Origin: an uncultured beta proteobacterium
Lineage (GTDB): Bacteria > Pseudomonadota > Gammaproteobacteria > Burkholderiales > Rhodocyclaceae
Reading direction: 5' to 3'
Assembly: GCA_903946745.1 (NCBI GenBank)
Contig: CAJAWW010000011.1
Coordinates: 2,368 to 66,367, forward strand
Length of the DNA stretch: 64,000 bases
Position numbers and translations under genes: made by a program. Positions 31,427 through 41,060 of the stretch are shown in pieces; positions within the stretch are counted from its first letter, which is position 1; each line of letters begins with the position of its first letter. The notes beneath the pieces were generated by a model. It searched no databases, was not told the origin of the DNA, and saw only the letters and a program-made list of their open reading frames with translations.

Positions 31427-33805
31427 TCAGGTTGCTGTCGATGCATAGGGCAGATAAACCAGAAAGGTGGTGCCGACCCCCACTTCGCTTTGCACTTCGA
31501 TGCGACCATGGTGTTTATCGATGATCGTCTTGACAATATCGAGCCCCAGACCGCTGCCCTCGCCGACCGGTTTGGTGGTGAAGAAAGCATCAAAAATCTT
31601 CCCGCGGATTTCTTCCGGAATGCCGCAACCGGTATCGCCAATGGATACCACGGCCTCGTTGCCGAGGCGACGAATATCAACGGTAAGCGTTCCTTGATGG
31701 TTCATGGACTGCAAGGCGTTGTGCACGAGATTGGTCCAGACCTGATTGAGTTCGTCCGGCAGGCAGTGCAAGGGCGGAATATCCTCGTAGTGTCGAATTA
31801 ATTCGGTGCCTTGCTTGATCTGGCTTTGGTAAATGGTCAAGACGGTATCGATGCCTTCACTCAACTTTGCATCAATCATTTCACCCGAATGACCGACGCG
31901 GGAGAATGCCTTGAGCGCAAATACGATCTTGGACACCCGATCGACCGCGGTGTTGATATTGCTGGAACTTTGAATAATCGTTGCCAGCGAATGCGCGGTA
32001 TCCAAGATCAATTCGCTCTCGGGGTGACGTAACAGCGGAAGATAGTCGGCAACGCCCGACTGGGCACGCAAGGCCACGAGAATGCCGGCCTTGTGGCTGG
32101 CGTCGGCGATCTGCGCAGCCTGCAACTGGGCGACCACTTCCCGCGTAATGCTGCGTTCCTCGCGCGTGCTCAGTACAGGCCCGGGAACACTGGCACAGTT
32201 GATCAGATCGATGAAGATCCGGGTGCTCTCAACTTCCAACGTCTGGAATAGCCTGGGCATATTGTCCAGTGCGTGATGCAAGGCGCTGGCAATGATCTCG
32301 CCGCTGGATTTGACCGCACCGATCGGCGTATTTATTTCGTGAGCAACATTCGCCACCAACTGACCAAGCGAGGCCATTTTTTCTGCTTGAATCAGTTGTG
32401 CCTGCGCTGTTTTCAAGCCGTTGAGCGCATCCGTTGCTTGTTGATGCGCATTTTCAGCTTGTTGGCGAGAGGCTTCCGCCACCTTGTAGGCTTCGTTCAG
32501 TGCCGCATTGCTTTGTGACAGCGACTCGGTACGTTCTGTGACCTTGGTATCCAGATGCTGGATATTGTCTTGCAAGCGATCCACCATGCCATTGAACGCA
32601 TTGCCGACCACGCCGATCTCATCGTTGCTTTTCACCAGACAGCGCGCATCGAGATCACCATTCTCGACCCGCAATGCGGTGGCACTCAGGTGCTTTAACG
32701 GCCCGACCAGTTTATTGACGAAAAGATAAACCAGCCCCATGGCCAGCAGCAGGGTCAAAGCAAATACCACCAGAACACGGTTTCTGAGCGTTCGCGCGCT
32801 CTCATCGAGTTCATCCAGATACACCGAAGAACCGACATACCAGTCCATGCCCTTGAAGTACCGAACCCATGAAATTTTTTCATAGACAAAGTTTCCCGGG
32901 TCGGTCGGACTGTCCCATTTGTAGCGTAAGCCATCGGTCTTGTCGGCCACAGCCGTGAGCATGGGCAGCAAAGGTTTTTTCGTGGCGGGCTCTAGCAGAT
33001 CGACACTGGTCTTCCCTTCAATGGTGGCATTCGGGTGAATATGCATGTAATAGGCGCCGTCAAAAATGTAGACGTAGCCGGTTTTTGCCAGACGGGTTGC
33101 CTTGATGCGCTGCCGCAAATCATCAATGGCAACGGTACGCCGCTTGCGCAGCATGGACTCGATGTCGTCGACATAAACGCCGGTGCCAATCACGATCTCA
33201 AAAGCCGGAATGTGTTTGTAAAACGTCAGCTTCTCGATCATCTCCTCTTCGCCGAGACGACGCCACCAGTAAGAGTAGAAGCCCTCGCCGTCCTTCAGCG
33301 CCCCGGCCACCATCGGCGGCACGATCAGATTGCCACGCGCATCGCGCTGCGTAGAGAACGTCAGATTATTGTTCAGCTTCGGGTCTGGATGTGACACCAG
33401 CACCGAATCGTAATTCGAGGCCCAGACATAATCTTTGTGGCCATAGCGGATCTGACGCAACTCGGCCAGTAGCATCTGCCGAGCCTTTTCTTTGGATAGC
33501 TGGCCTGTTTTGACTTGTTGTTCCAGCCAGTTGATGCGTGATTCCACGACCGCAATAATGGCGACCAGTTCGCTCTTGCGCGCCAGCAGGATGGATTGGC
33601 GGGAGTTTTCAAGTTCGCGTTGAATCTGCTCCACCATCTGCATCACGTCATCCAGCACGGTGCGTGCGGCGCGGGCTTCGATATTTTCAACCGTGGTCTG
33701 AATGAAGGGCACCGACAATAGGTACATGGCAACAAACAACGTTGCAATAGCCACCATCGTGCTGATAAACACGCGGGCAAACAAGCTGGATCGAAATAGA
33801 TTCAC
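31427..33805 (-). CDS. Sensor histidine kinase with double Cache periplasmic domain, HAMP, coiled coil, HisKA-like and HATPase domains
   Basis: 792 aa with two TM helices flanking two Cache-like modules (YVWASNYDSVLVSHPDP..., GYVYIFDGAYYMHIHPN...), HAMP (LVGPLKHLSATALRVENGDLD), H-box VAHEINTP and G-boxes DTGCGIP / GSGLGL. Confidence 0.9.
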   Translation of the reverse strand: MNLFRSSLFARVFISTMVAIATLFVAMYLLSVPFIQTTVENIEARAARTVLDDVMQMVEQIQRELENSRQSILLARKSELVAIIAVVESRINWLEQQVKTGQLSKEKARQMLLAELRQIRYGHKDYVWASNYDSVLVSHPDPKLNNNLTFSTQRDARGNLIVPPMVAGALKDGEGFYSYWWRRLGEEEMIEKLTFYKHIPAFEIVIGTGVYVDDIESMLRKRRTVAIDDLRQRIKATRLAKTGYVYIFDGAYYMHIHPNATIEGKTSVDLLEPATKKPLLPMLTAVADKTDGLRYKWDSPTDPGNFVYEKISWVRYFKGMDWYVGSSVYLDELDESARTLRNRVLVVFALTLLLAMGLVYLFVNKLVGPLKHLSATALRVENGDLDARCLVKSNDEIGVVGNAFNGMVDRLQDNIQHLDTKVTERTESLSQSNAALNEAYKVAEASRQQAENAHQQATDALNGLKTAQAQLIQAEKMASLGQLVANVAHEINTPIGAVKSSGEIIASALHHALDNMPRLFQTLEVESTRIFIDLINCASVPGPVLSTREERSITREVVAQLQAAQIADASHKAGILVALRAQSGVADYLPLLRHPESELILDTAHSLATIIQSSSNINTAVDRVSKIVFALKAFSRVGHSGEMIDAKLSEGIDTVLTIYQSQIKQGTELIRHYEDIPPLHCLPDELNQVWTNLVHNALQSMNHQGTLTVDIRRLGNEAVVSIGDTGCGIPEEIRGKIFDAFFTTKPVGEGSGLGLDIVKTIIDKHHGRIEVQSEVGVGTTFLVYLPYASTAT

Positions 33806-33830
33806 CCGTTGTCAGCGCCTGTTTAATGAA

Positions 33831-34313
33831 TCAAGTGCTGGTTTGAGCCAGCATGCGGTTCAATTCGGCATTTTCTTTCTTGAGGGTTTCAATCTGCAGG
33901 ATCAGGCCGCGTTCCTGCTTATAGGCGTGGACTGCGGACTTTGCCGTGAGCACCAGATCTGCATTATTGAAGGGTTTTTCGAGAAAGCGATACAGGTTGG
34001 CCTCATTGATCGCACGCTTGACACCGGTGAGGTCGCTCTGGCCGGTGAGCATGATCTTGATCGTTTTTGGACTTTTCTCATGCAGACGAACCAGCAGTTC
34101 GTCACCACGCATGCCGGGCATGATGAAGTCGGAGATCACGACGGTAAGTTCCCGGCCTTCCTTTTGCAAGTCATCGCAAAGTTCTAGCGCCTCTTGCCCG
34201 CTTTCGGCAATTTCGATGACATTATCGCTACCGAGCATGCTTCCCAGCAGTGTTCGCAACGCCTTGAGAACCGTGGTGTCATCATCGACACACAAAATTA
34301 TTCCAGTGGTCAT
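33831..34313 (-). CDS. Single-domain response regulator (REC + short coiled-coil tail)
   Basis: MTTGIILCVDDD...VVISDFIMPGMRGDELL...LYRFLEKPF. Start trimmed to the ATG at 34313. First gene of the RR / Cache-HK / DUF2249 / HDOD string. Confidence 0.85.
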   Translation of the reverse strand: MTTGIILCVDDDTTVLKALRTLLGSMLGSDNVIEIAESGQEALELCDDLQKEGRELTVVISDFIMPGMRGDELLVRLHEKSPKTIKIMLTGQSDLTGVKRAINEANLYRFLEKPFNNADLVLTAKSAVHAYKQERGLILQIETLKKENAELNRMLAQTST

Positions 34314-34478
34314 TGTTGCCGGGGCCCATTTTTTGGTATCGGCGCAACCACCTGATTGCACCAACGCAGTGCGCATCATAGAAGATTCGACAAGCCCCGT
34401 GCAACTTTCTCGCGCTCTGGAAACATCCGTAGAATGTAGCGATTCCCCCATGTCGCACATCAGATCGCCGAGCCTCGC

Positions 34479-35816
34479 ATGAATGCTGGAAATTCATCTG
34501 AAAAATTAGCTGAAAACTCAGTTGGGAACTCAGTTGGGAACTCAGTTGGGACATTAGTCGGCACATTATTGTGCGTCGATGATGACCCTACCGTACTCAC
34601 CGCATTGCGCGCCCTGCTGGGCACACTGGAGCCGCGACACACCATCGAAATCGCCCAGAGTGGTGAAGAGGCGCTGGAAATCGCCGCCGAGTTATGCGCG
34701 CAGGGGCACCCGTTGGCCGTGGTTATTTCCGACTTCAAAATGCCGCGCATGTGCGGCGACGAACTCCTGATTCGCTTGCATGCACTCAGCCCGGATACCG
34801 TCAAGATCATGCTCACCGGACAAAGCGATTTCGACGGCGTGAAGCGCGCAATCAACGGCGCCGACCTGTACCGATTTCTCGAAAAACCCTTCAATAATGA
34901 CGACTTTCTGCTCACCATCAAATCCGCCCTCACCGCGTTTAACCGGGATCGTGAGTTAGCACAGCAAAATCTTGCCCTTCGGCACCTCAATACCGAGCTT
35001 GAAACGATGCTCGATCGCCTCAAACACCAACAGGAAGAACTCACCCGCAGCGAGGCCAAGGCGACCATCAGCACACTGGTCGCCAGTGTTTCGCACGAAC
35101 TCAGCTCACCGCTGGGCAACAGCGTACTCGCCGCAGGGATGCTGACCGAAGTCACGACGCGCATGCACGACCTGCTGCAAAGCGGGCAACTGAAACGTAG
35201 TGATCTCGACAACTTCGTCGGCACCATAGAAGAAGGCACCACAGCGCTGACCGCAAACCTGAAACGAGCAAACAAACTGCTGCGAAATTTCAAGCAAGTG
35301 GCTGCCGATCAGGCCAGCGAACAGCATCGGAAGTTTGATCTCGATGTAGCCATCAAAGAAGTCGTGGATGCCATGGCACCGAGCTTGAGAAACAAACCAC
35401 ACCAGATAGTGCTGGAAATTCCGACTGGAATTTCCATGACCAGCCAGCCCGGCGCACTAGGGCAGGTCGTCATCAACCTCATCAACAACGCCTGCCTGCA
35501 TGCCTTTGAAAACCGCACCGACGGTGTGCTCACGATGACGGGTGAAGCCGACGGCGATGCCATCAATCTCATTATTTCTGACAACGGCGTCGGCATGAGT
35601 AAAGAGGTGCTGACGCATCTGCTGGAACCCTTCTACAGCACCAAAATTGGCCGGGGTGGCACGGGGCTTGGCATGTCCATCGTAGACAATCTGATCCGCA
35701 AAACGCTGGGCGGCACCCTGAGCGTACGTTCCACACCGGGTGTCGGCACGTCGTTCGAGATCAGGCTCCCACGCACGACGCGCACGGCACCCAAGGCAAA
35801 CATCACACATGAGTGA
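34479..35816 (+). CDS. Response-regulator/histidine-kinase hybrid (REC-coiled coil-HisKA-HATPase)
   Basis: 445 aa. The REC domain is a paralogue of the divergent RR. H-box SVSHELSSPLGN and G-boxes DNGVGMS / GTGLGMS. The N-terminal 28 aa include a repeat-encoded NSVGNSVGNSVG, so the true start could lie downstream of the repeats. Confidence 0.85.
   Translation: MNAGNSSEKLAENSVGNSVGNSVGTLVGTLLCVDDDPTVLTALRALLGTLEPRHTIEIAQSGEEALEIAAELCAQGHPLAVVISDFKMPRMCGDELLIRLHALSPDTVKIMLTGQSDFDGVKRAINGADLYRFLEKPFNNDDFLLTIKSALTAFNRDRELAQQNLALRHLNTELETMLDRLKHQQEELTRSEAKATISTLVASVSHELSSPLGNSVLAAGMLTEVTTRMHDLLQSGQLKRSDLDNFVGTIEEGTTALTANLKRANKLLRNFKQVAADQASEQHRKFDLDVAIKEVVDAMAPSLRNKPHQIVLEIPTGISMTSQPGALGQVVINLINNACLHAFENRTDGVLTMTGEADGDAINLIISDNGVGMSKEVLTHLLEPFYSTKIGRGGTGLGMSIVDNLIRKTLGGTLSVRSTPGVGTSFEIRLPRTTRTAPKANITHE
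34515..34550. repeat. 12-bp tandem repeat aactcagttggg x3 (plus two degenerate copies to 34574)
   Basis: Read directly: 34515-34526, 34527-34538 and 34539-34550 are identical. acattagtcggc and acattattgtgc follow. Confidence 0.9.
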
Positions 35817-36936
35817 TCTCGACCAGCGCATACACCTGCGGCTGGACGAACTTTCAGCGTCTGCCCAGCGTCGACTTTTACGGGTGCCCGATGCGCGCTT
35901 GATCGATGTTTCCTCCAACGATTATCTCGGCCTCTCGCGCCACCCGCTGGTGATCGCCCGCGCCTGCCAATGGGCGCAGCAACACGGCGCCGGCAGTCGC
36001 GCCTCGCGGCTGGTCACCGGCACCTCGCAAGCCCTGCTTGATCTGGAACGCAAACTGGCCGCCTTCAAGGGCACCGAAGCTGCCCTGATTTTCGCCACCG
36101 GCTTTCAGCTCAATAGCGCCGTGCTGCCGGCCTTGTTTGAACTCGATGAAAAGCCACTGATCTTCACCGACCGCCTCAACCACGCCAGCCTGCACGCCGG
36201 CTGTCGCGGCATGCGGCAGATTCGCTACCGGCACAATGACACCGCGCATCTCGACGCCTTACTGCAAGCCAACCCCGGCCGGCTTCGCTTCATCGTCACC
36301 GAATCCGTCTTCAGCATGGACGGCGACCGCATCGATGTCGCGGCACTGGCGACACTGGCGCAGCGCCATCAAGCCGTGCTCTACCTCGACGAAGCCCACG
36401 CCACCGGCGTACTCGGCAGCGACGGTCGCGGTCTGGCCGCCGACGTTGCATCGCTACCCGCCGACACCATCCTCATGGGCACGCTGGGCAAAGCACTCGG
36501 CAGCGCCGGAGCCTATGTCGCCGGCTCGCAGGCACTGATCGACTGGCTGGTGAACCGCTGCGCCGGCTTCATCTACAGCACCGCCCCGGCACCCGCCGCG
36601 TTGGGCGCAGTCGATGCCGCGCTCGATTTGCTGCCTGGCATGGATGCTGAACGCGCCCGGTTGGCTGCACTGGCCGGGCAACTGCGCGCCGCACTACAAG
36701 CACGCGGCTTCGACACCCTGGCCTCCAGCACGCAGATCGTCCCCGCCGTGATTGGAGACGCCGCCGCCACGCTGAATGCCGCGCAACACATGGCACAAGC
36801 CGGCGTACTGGCCATCGCCATCCGCCCCCCCACCGTGCCCGCCGGCACCGCACGACTGCGCTTTGCGTTATCGACCGCGCTGACCGATGCCGAATTTGCG
36901 CGGGTGCTTGAGGCGGTGGCGACGCTGTCGGTATGA
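35809..36936 (+). CDS. bioF: 8-amino-7-oxononanoate synthase
   Basis: MSDLDQRIHLRLDEL..., SNDYLGL, SVFSMDGD and the GTLGKALG PLP lysine. The ATG at 35809 overlaps the upstream kinase stop by 8 nt. Confidence 0.9.
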   Translation: MSDLDQRIHLRLDELSASAQRRLLRVPDARLIDVSSNDYLGLSRHPLVIARACQWAQQHGAGSRASRLVTGTSQALLDLERKLAAFKGTEAALIFATGFQLNSAVLPALFELDEKPLIFTDRLNHASLHAGCRGMRQIRYRHNDTAHLDALLQANPGRLRFIVTESVFSMDGDRIDVAALATLAQRHQAVLYLDEAHATGVLGSDGRGLAADVASLPADTILMGTLGKALGSAGAYVAGSQALIDWLVNRCAGFIYSTAPAPAALGAVDAALDLLPGMDAERARLAALAGQLRAALQARGFDTLASSTQIVPAVIGDAAATLNAAQHMAQAGVLAIAIRPPTVPAGTARLRFALSTALTDAEFARVLEAVATLSV

Positions 36937-37589
36937 GCACCATCATTTTCGCCCACGGTTGGGGCTTTGATGACACGGTGTGGGAGGCGGTACGCGCACG
37001 CCTGTCATCGCAGCACCGTGTCGCCAGCGTCGACTTTGGCTTTTTTGGTGCGCCGCACATGCCGGCTATCACAACAGACAGCACAACAGGCGACACGGTG
37101 ATTGCCGTCGGTCATTCGCTCGGTGCCTGCTGGTGGCTCGCACAAAGCACCCTGCCCTGGCATCGGCTGTTACTAGTGAACGGTTTCCCACGCTTCACCA
37201 CCACCACCGACTACACCCCGGCCGTAGCTGTGCGCGTGCTGGCACGCATGGCCACACAATTCAGGCGCGATCCCGGCGCGGTGCTGGGCGAGTTTCGCGC
37301 CGCTTGCGGTGCCCCGGCGGTGCTCGCCGGCTTTGATGCCGCACAGCTTGCGCTCGGGCTGGATTGGCTGGCGCAGTGGGATGGTCGCGCCCGGCTGGCG
37401 ACACGCGCCGCCGATATTCACGCATTGGCCGCTGACAACGATCCCATCGTGTCTGCCGCCATGTCAGAAATGGCGCTGGCTGGCCTGCCGCCAGGGCATT
37501 TGACGCGCGTGGCCGGCGACGACCATGTATTGCCACTCACCGCCCCCGATTTGTGCGCCGCACTGATCGAACGCTTGGCGGCCACATGA
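36933..37589 (+). CDS. bioH: Alpha/beta hydrolase in BioH position (putative pimeloyl-ACP methyl ester esterase)
   Basis: 218 aa with the GHSLG nucleophile elbow and later Asp (DNDPIV) and His (DDHVLP). ATGA overlaps with both bioF and bioC. Function inferred from context. Confidence 0.65.
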   Translation: MSTIIFAHGWGFDDTVWEAVRARLSSQHRVASVDFGFFGAPHMPAITTDSTTGDTVIAVGHSLGACWWLAQSTLPWHRLLLVNGFPRFTTTTDYTPAVAVRVLARMATQFRRDPGAVLGEFRAACGAPAVLAGFDAAQLALGLDWLAQWDGRARLATRAADIHALAADNDPIVSAAMSEMALAGLPPGHLTRVAGDDHVLPLTAPDLCAALIERLAAT

Positions 37590-38359
37590 CGCTGCACGCA
37601 CGCATCGCCCGGCGTTTCGACCGCGCTGCGGCGCACTACGATGCCGACTCGGCACCACAGCGCCACGCCGCAGAACAGTTGACGCAACGCATTATCGCGG
37701 CAGGCCTGCCACCCGCCCCGCGCGTGCTGGAGATCGGCTGCGGCACCGGCCACCTGACGCAGTCGTTGCTGCACCGTCTGCCCAGCGTCGACTTTTGTGC
37801 CAGCGACATTGCCCCCGCCATGGTGGCAGCTTGCCGCCAGCGTTTGCCGGGCATCCGTTATCTGGTGATGGATGGGCAGCAACCCGCCGTCTGCGGATCA
37901 TTTGATCTGATCTGCGCCAACCTTGCCGCACAGTGGTTTGGCGACCTGCCCGCCGCGCTGCGTCGCTGGACTGCATTGCTAGCCCCCGGTGGCATGCTGG
38001 CCTTCAGCATGCTGGGGAATGACACCTTTCATGAATGGCGTGCCGCGCATCAAACGCTGGGGCTGCGCGCCGGCACGCCCGCATTCCCCCGCACCCACGA
38101 TGTCACTGCGATGTTCCCCCCGGGCAAACTCTCGCTGACAGAAGAACACTACATTGACCATCCGTCGTCTGCCCTCGGTTTCCTGCATCAGTTGCGTGCC
38201 ATTGGTGCCGACACCGCCGCATCGACGCACCAACCGCTTGGTGCCGGTCAGTTACGCAAGGTGCTGCGCCAGCTTGGCGATGCGCCCACGGCAAGCTACC
38301 ATTTGATTTATCTTGCTTATCGCCCCGAGATCTACGCGCATGCACAAACCCGTGAGTGA
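37586..38359 (+). CDS. bioC: Malonyl-ACP O-methyltransferase
   Basis: MTLHARIARRFDRAAAHYDADSAPQRHAAEQL plus the SAM motif VLEIGCGTGHLT. Start at the ATG at 37586 (ATGA overlap with bioH). Confidence 0.8.
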   Translation: MTLHARIARRFDRAAAHYDADSAPQRHAAEQLTQRIIAAGLPPAPRVLEIGCGTGHLTQSLLHRLPSVDFCASDIAPAMVAACRQRLPGIRYLVMDGQQPAVCGSFDLICANLAAQWFGDLPAALRRWTALLAPGGMLAFSMLGNDTFHEWRAAHQTLGLRAGTPAFPRTHDVTAMFPPGKLSLTEEHYIDHPSSALGFLHQLRAIGADTAASTHQPLGAGQLRKVLRQLGDAPTASYHLIYLAYRPEIYAHAQTRE

Positions 38360-39896
38360 TCGCAGCCAGCAGGAAGCCACGGCACTGGCCGACCTGCTGC
38401 GTCGTCTGGACGGCAAGCCGGGCTTTCCTGCCCTGTCCGAATCGGTAGCGGCAATCAACGAGATCACCAACTCGGAAGACCAGAACATTGACGATCTGGC
38501 AAAGATCATTCAATGCGATGTGGGGCTCACCGCCAGTATCTTGCGTGTAGCCAACTCGGCCAACTACCGGGGTGCGAGCGGCAGCGGGGTGACTACCGTG
38601 GCGCGCGCAGTCAGCGTGCTGGGGTTCTCTACGCTGCGCGACATTGCACTGACCGTCGCGCTCTTCGAACAGATGAAGAGCCGCGCCGATTTACGCGAAA
38701 TTAAGGAAACGTTTCTACGCGCGCAACTGGCCGGCACCATTGCCCGGGAAGCCGGCAAGCTATTTTTGCCACGCAGCTCTGATGACGTCTACACCAGCGC
38801 GTTACTCCACAGCCTGGGTCAGATTGTGGTTCAGTTATACCTTCCCGATGAAGCCAGTCAGATTCAGGAAGTCGTGCAGCAACAGGGCGTGACGGACGAC
38901 GTTGCCGCAACCGAGGTGCTGGGGCTGGATTTTTCCCGCATTGGTCTTGGTGTTGCCGAGCAGTGGCGATTTCCGATCTCGCTGGTGCGCAGCTTGCGAT
39001 CGCTGCCAGATGGCGTCATCACGAAACCCGAATCGTCAGAGGACATGCTTTGGTTGTTGGCCGGTTTTGGCAATGAAGTCTCCGGCGTGCTGGCCAGCGC
39101 CGGTGGATTGAAGGATGGTAGCGAATTGTCAGCGCTGCGCCGCCGCTTCGCCGACGTCATGAAGGTATCGGCACCGCAACTGCATGCCCTTGTGCATCAG
39201 TCGCTCGACGAGACCAAAGTCTTTGCCAGCGCACTTGGCGTGCGCCTGACTCAGAGCAAGTTTGTCCAGCAGGTGAGCGACTGGGTTGAGGCCGGAGCCG
39301 AGAAATCTGTGGCCACGGGCGGCGGCGTTGCGCCCTCGACCGCCGTGACCGACGCTGCTGCCGCCAAGGCGCAGAACGATCGCGTCGAGCAATTGCTGTC
39401 GGCTGGTATCGGCAAACTCAGCGATGCACTGGTTGGCGATTTCGTGCTCAACGAAATATTCCGCATTGCGCTGGAAACGCTGTCACAGGCCATTGATTTC
39501 CAGCGTGTGCTGCTATGCCTGCGGGATGACAAATCGGGCAACATGGTCGCGCGCAAGGGACACGGAACGGACGTGGAACTGATCGTGCGAAAGTTCCGTT
39601 TTCCGTTGCAGGATGCGCCCAACGTATTTCAACTGGCCATCGCAAAAGGGCTTGATATGGTCATCATGGATATTGCCGACGAGAAAATTGCCGACAAGAT
39701 TCCGGCGTGGTACCGCAACATGCTCTCGGCGCGCTGCTTTGTCCTGATGCCACTGACGATTAAGGGACGCGCCGTTGGTCTGATCTATGCCGACAAGCAG
39801 CAAGCCAACAGCATTGTCATCTCCGAGCAACAAATGTCGCTGATGAAGACGCTACGCAATCAGGCGCTGCTGGCATTGAAGCAATCAATGCCCTGA
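38340..39896 (+). CDS. HDOD + GAF domain signalling protein
   Basis: N-terminal HDOD (LAKIIQCDVGLTASILRVANSANYRG...VSVLGF) and a C-terminal GAF-like domain (IFRIALETLSQAIDFQRVLLCLRDDKSGNMVARKGHG). The ATG at 38340 overlaps the bioC end by 20 nt; a TTG at 38313 is also possible. Confidence 0.8.
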   Translation: MHKPVSDRSQQEATALADLLRRLDGKPGFPALSESVAAINEITNSEDQNIDDLAKIIQCDVGLTASILRVANSANYRGASGSGVTTVARAVSVLGFSTLRDIALTVALFEQMKSRADLREIKETFLRAQLAGTIAREAGKLFLPRSSDDVYTSALLHSLGQIVVQLYLPDEASQIQEVVQQQGVTDDVAATEVLGLDFSRIGLGVAEQWRFPISLVRSLRSLPDGVITKPESSEDMLWLLAGFGNEVSGVLASAGGLKDGSELSALRRRFADVMKVSAPQLHALVHQSLDETKVFASALGVRLTQSKFVQQVSDWVEAGAEKSVATGGGVAPSTAVTDAAAAKAQNDRVEQLLSAGIGKLSDALVGDFVLNEIFRIALETLSQAIDFQRVLLCLRDDKSGNMVARKGHGTDVELIVRKFRFPLQDAPNVFQLAIAKGLDMVIMDIADEKIADKIPAWYRNMLSARCFVLMPLTIKGRAVGLIYADKQQANSIVISEQQMSLMKTLRNQALLALKQSMP

Positions 39897-39941
39897 TGCC
39901 TGGGTTCCAGCGCATCCAGTGCTGATCGCTCATCGCTCTTT

Positions 39942-39984
39942 TTGCCGTCCATCAAGGAATTGCGTCTGCCGATCGTCGTATACT
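39942..39984 (+). promoter_or_regulatory. Candidate FNR/CRP-family box plus -10 element upstream of ubiU
   Basis: ttgccgtccatcaa (39942-39955) matches TTGAT-N4-ATCAA in 8 of 10 half-site positions. TATACT at 39979-39984 places the box centre near -42, a class II geometry, about 30 nt upstream of the GTG start at 40016. Confidence 0.35.
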
Positions 39985-40015
39985 TCAGGCCTGTTTTTAT
40001 TCAGGAATTGCCATT

Positions 40016-41047
40016 GTGTCCGCCACCGCCCAGCCGGAATCTTTCAGAAAACCTGAACTCATCTGCCCCGCCGGCAGCCTGCCCGCACTCAAGGCTGCCA
40101 TCGACAACGGCGCGGATGCGGTATATCTCGGCTTCAAAAATGACACCAACGCACGCAACTTTTCCGGCCTCAATTTCGACCTGAAAACCATGGCCGAAGG
40201 CATCCGCTACGCGCAATCGCGTGGCCGTCAGGTGCTGCTGGCGCTCAACACCTATGCCCAAGCCGGGCGCGTGGCCGACTGGCGCAAGGCGGTCGATCAG
40301 GCCGTCGATCTGGGAGTCAATGCCATTATCCTGGCCGACGTCGGGCTGCTCGATTACGCCGCCAAAACCCATCCGCAGGCGCGTCTGCATCTATCGGTAC
40401 AAGGCTCGGCCACCAGCTATGAAGCCATCAATTTCGCCTATGAGATGTTCGGCGTGCGCCGCGCCGTGCTGCCGCGCGTGCTGACACTGGCGCAGGTGGA
40501 ACATGTCATCAAAAACACGCCTGTGGAGATCGAAGTCTTTGGCTTTGGCAGCCTGTGCGTCATGAACGAAGGCCGCTGCTGGCTGTCTTCTTACGCCTGC
40601 GGCGAATCTCCCAACACCGTCGGAGCGTGCTCGCCGGCCAAGTTCGTCAAGTGGGACAAACAGCCAGACGCGATGGAAGTGCGCTTGAACGGCATCCTCA
40701 TCGACCGTTTCGGCAACGACGAAAACGCCGGCTACCCGACCATCTGCAAAGGCCGCTTTGAAGTGGCAGGCGAAACCTACTACGCCATGGAAGAACCGGT
40801 GAGCCTCAACGTGGTCGAGTTGCTGCCGGAAATCATGCGCATTGGCGTGGCCGCCATCAAGGTCGAAGGCCGCCAGCGCAGCCCGGCGTATGTGACGCAG
40901 GTGACACGCGCGCTGCGTCAGGCCATCGATGCGGCGGCCGCCAACCCGGATCGCTTCGTCGTCAAGCCGCAATGGATGAGCGATCTGGCCAAAGTTTCCG
41001 AAGGTACGCAAGCCACGTTGGGTGCCTACAACCGGCCGTGGCGTTAA
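40016..41047 (+). CDS. ubiU: U32-family protein UbiU (O2-independent ubiquinone hydroxylation)
   Basis: 343 aa U32 peptidase-family sequence ([26 protein letters not shown]) with a Cys cluster ([18 protein letters not shown]...GACSP). Followed by ubiV and ubiT. Confidence 0.8.
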   Translation: MSATAQPESFRKPELICPAGSLPALKAAIDNGADAVYLGFKNDTNARNFSGLNFDLKTMAEGIRYAQSRGRQVLLALNTYAQAGRVADWRKAVDQAVDLGVNAIILADVGLLDYAAKTHPQARLHLSVQGSATSYEAINFAYEMFGVRRAVLPRVLTLAQVEHVIKNTPVEIEVFGFGSLCVMNEGRCWLSSYACGESPNTVGACSPAKFVKWDKQPDAMEVRLNGILIDRFGNDENAGYPTICKGRFEVAGETYYAMEEPVSLNVVELLPEIMRIGVAAIKVEGRQRSPAYVTQVTRALRQAIDAAAANPDRFVVKPQWMSDLAKVSEGTQATLGAYNRPWR

Positions 41048-41060
41048 TCACCTGAAAATC

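Noticed and set aside
34515-34574. Short tandem repeats (here, at 46205-46240 and at 30108-30137) considered as a possible CRISPR array or minisatellite
   Set aside because: Units are 12-15 bp with no spacers and only 2-5 copies. No cas genes in the window. Treated as simple slippage repeats.
34460-35293. 277-aa Ser-rich minus-strand ORF opposite the REC-kinase hybrid, and 34282-34566 (SQLSSQLSSQLS)
   Set aside because: Low-complexity antisense translation. The SQLS repeat is simply the reverse-strand reading of the 12-bp tandem repeat.
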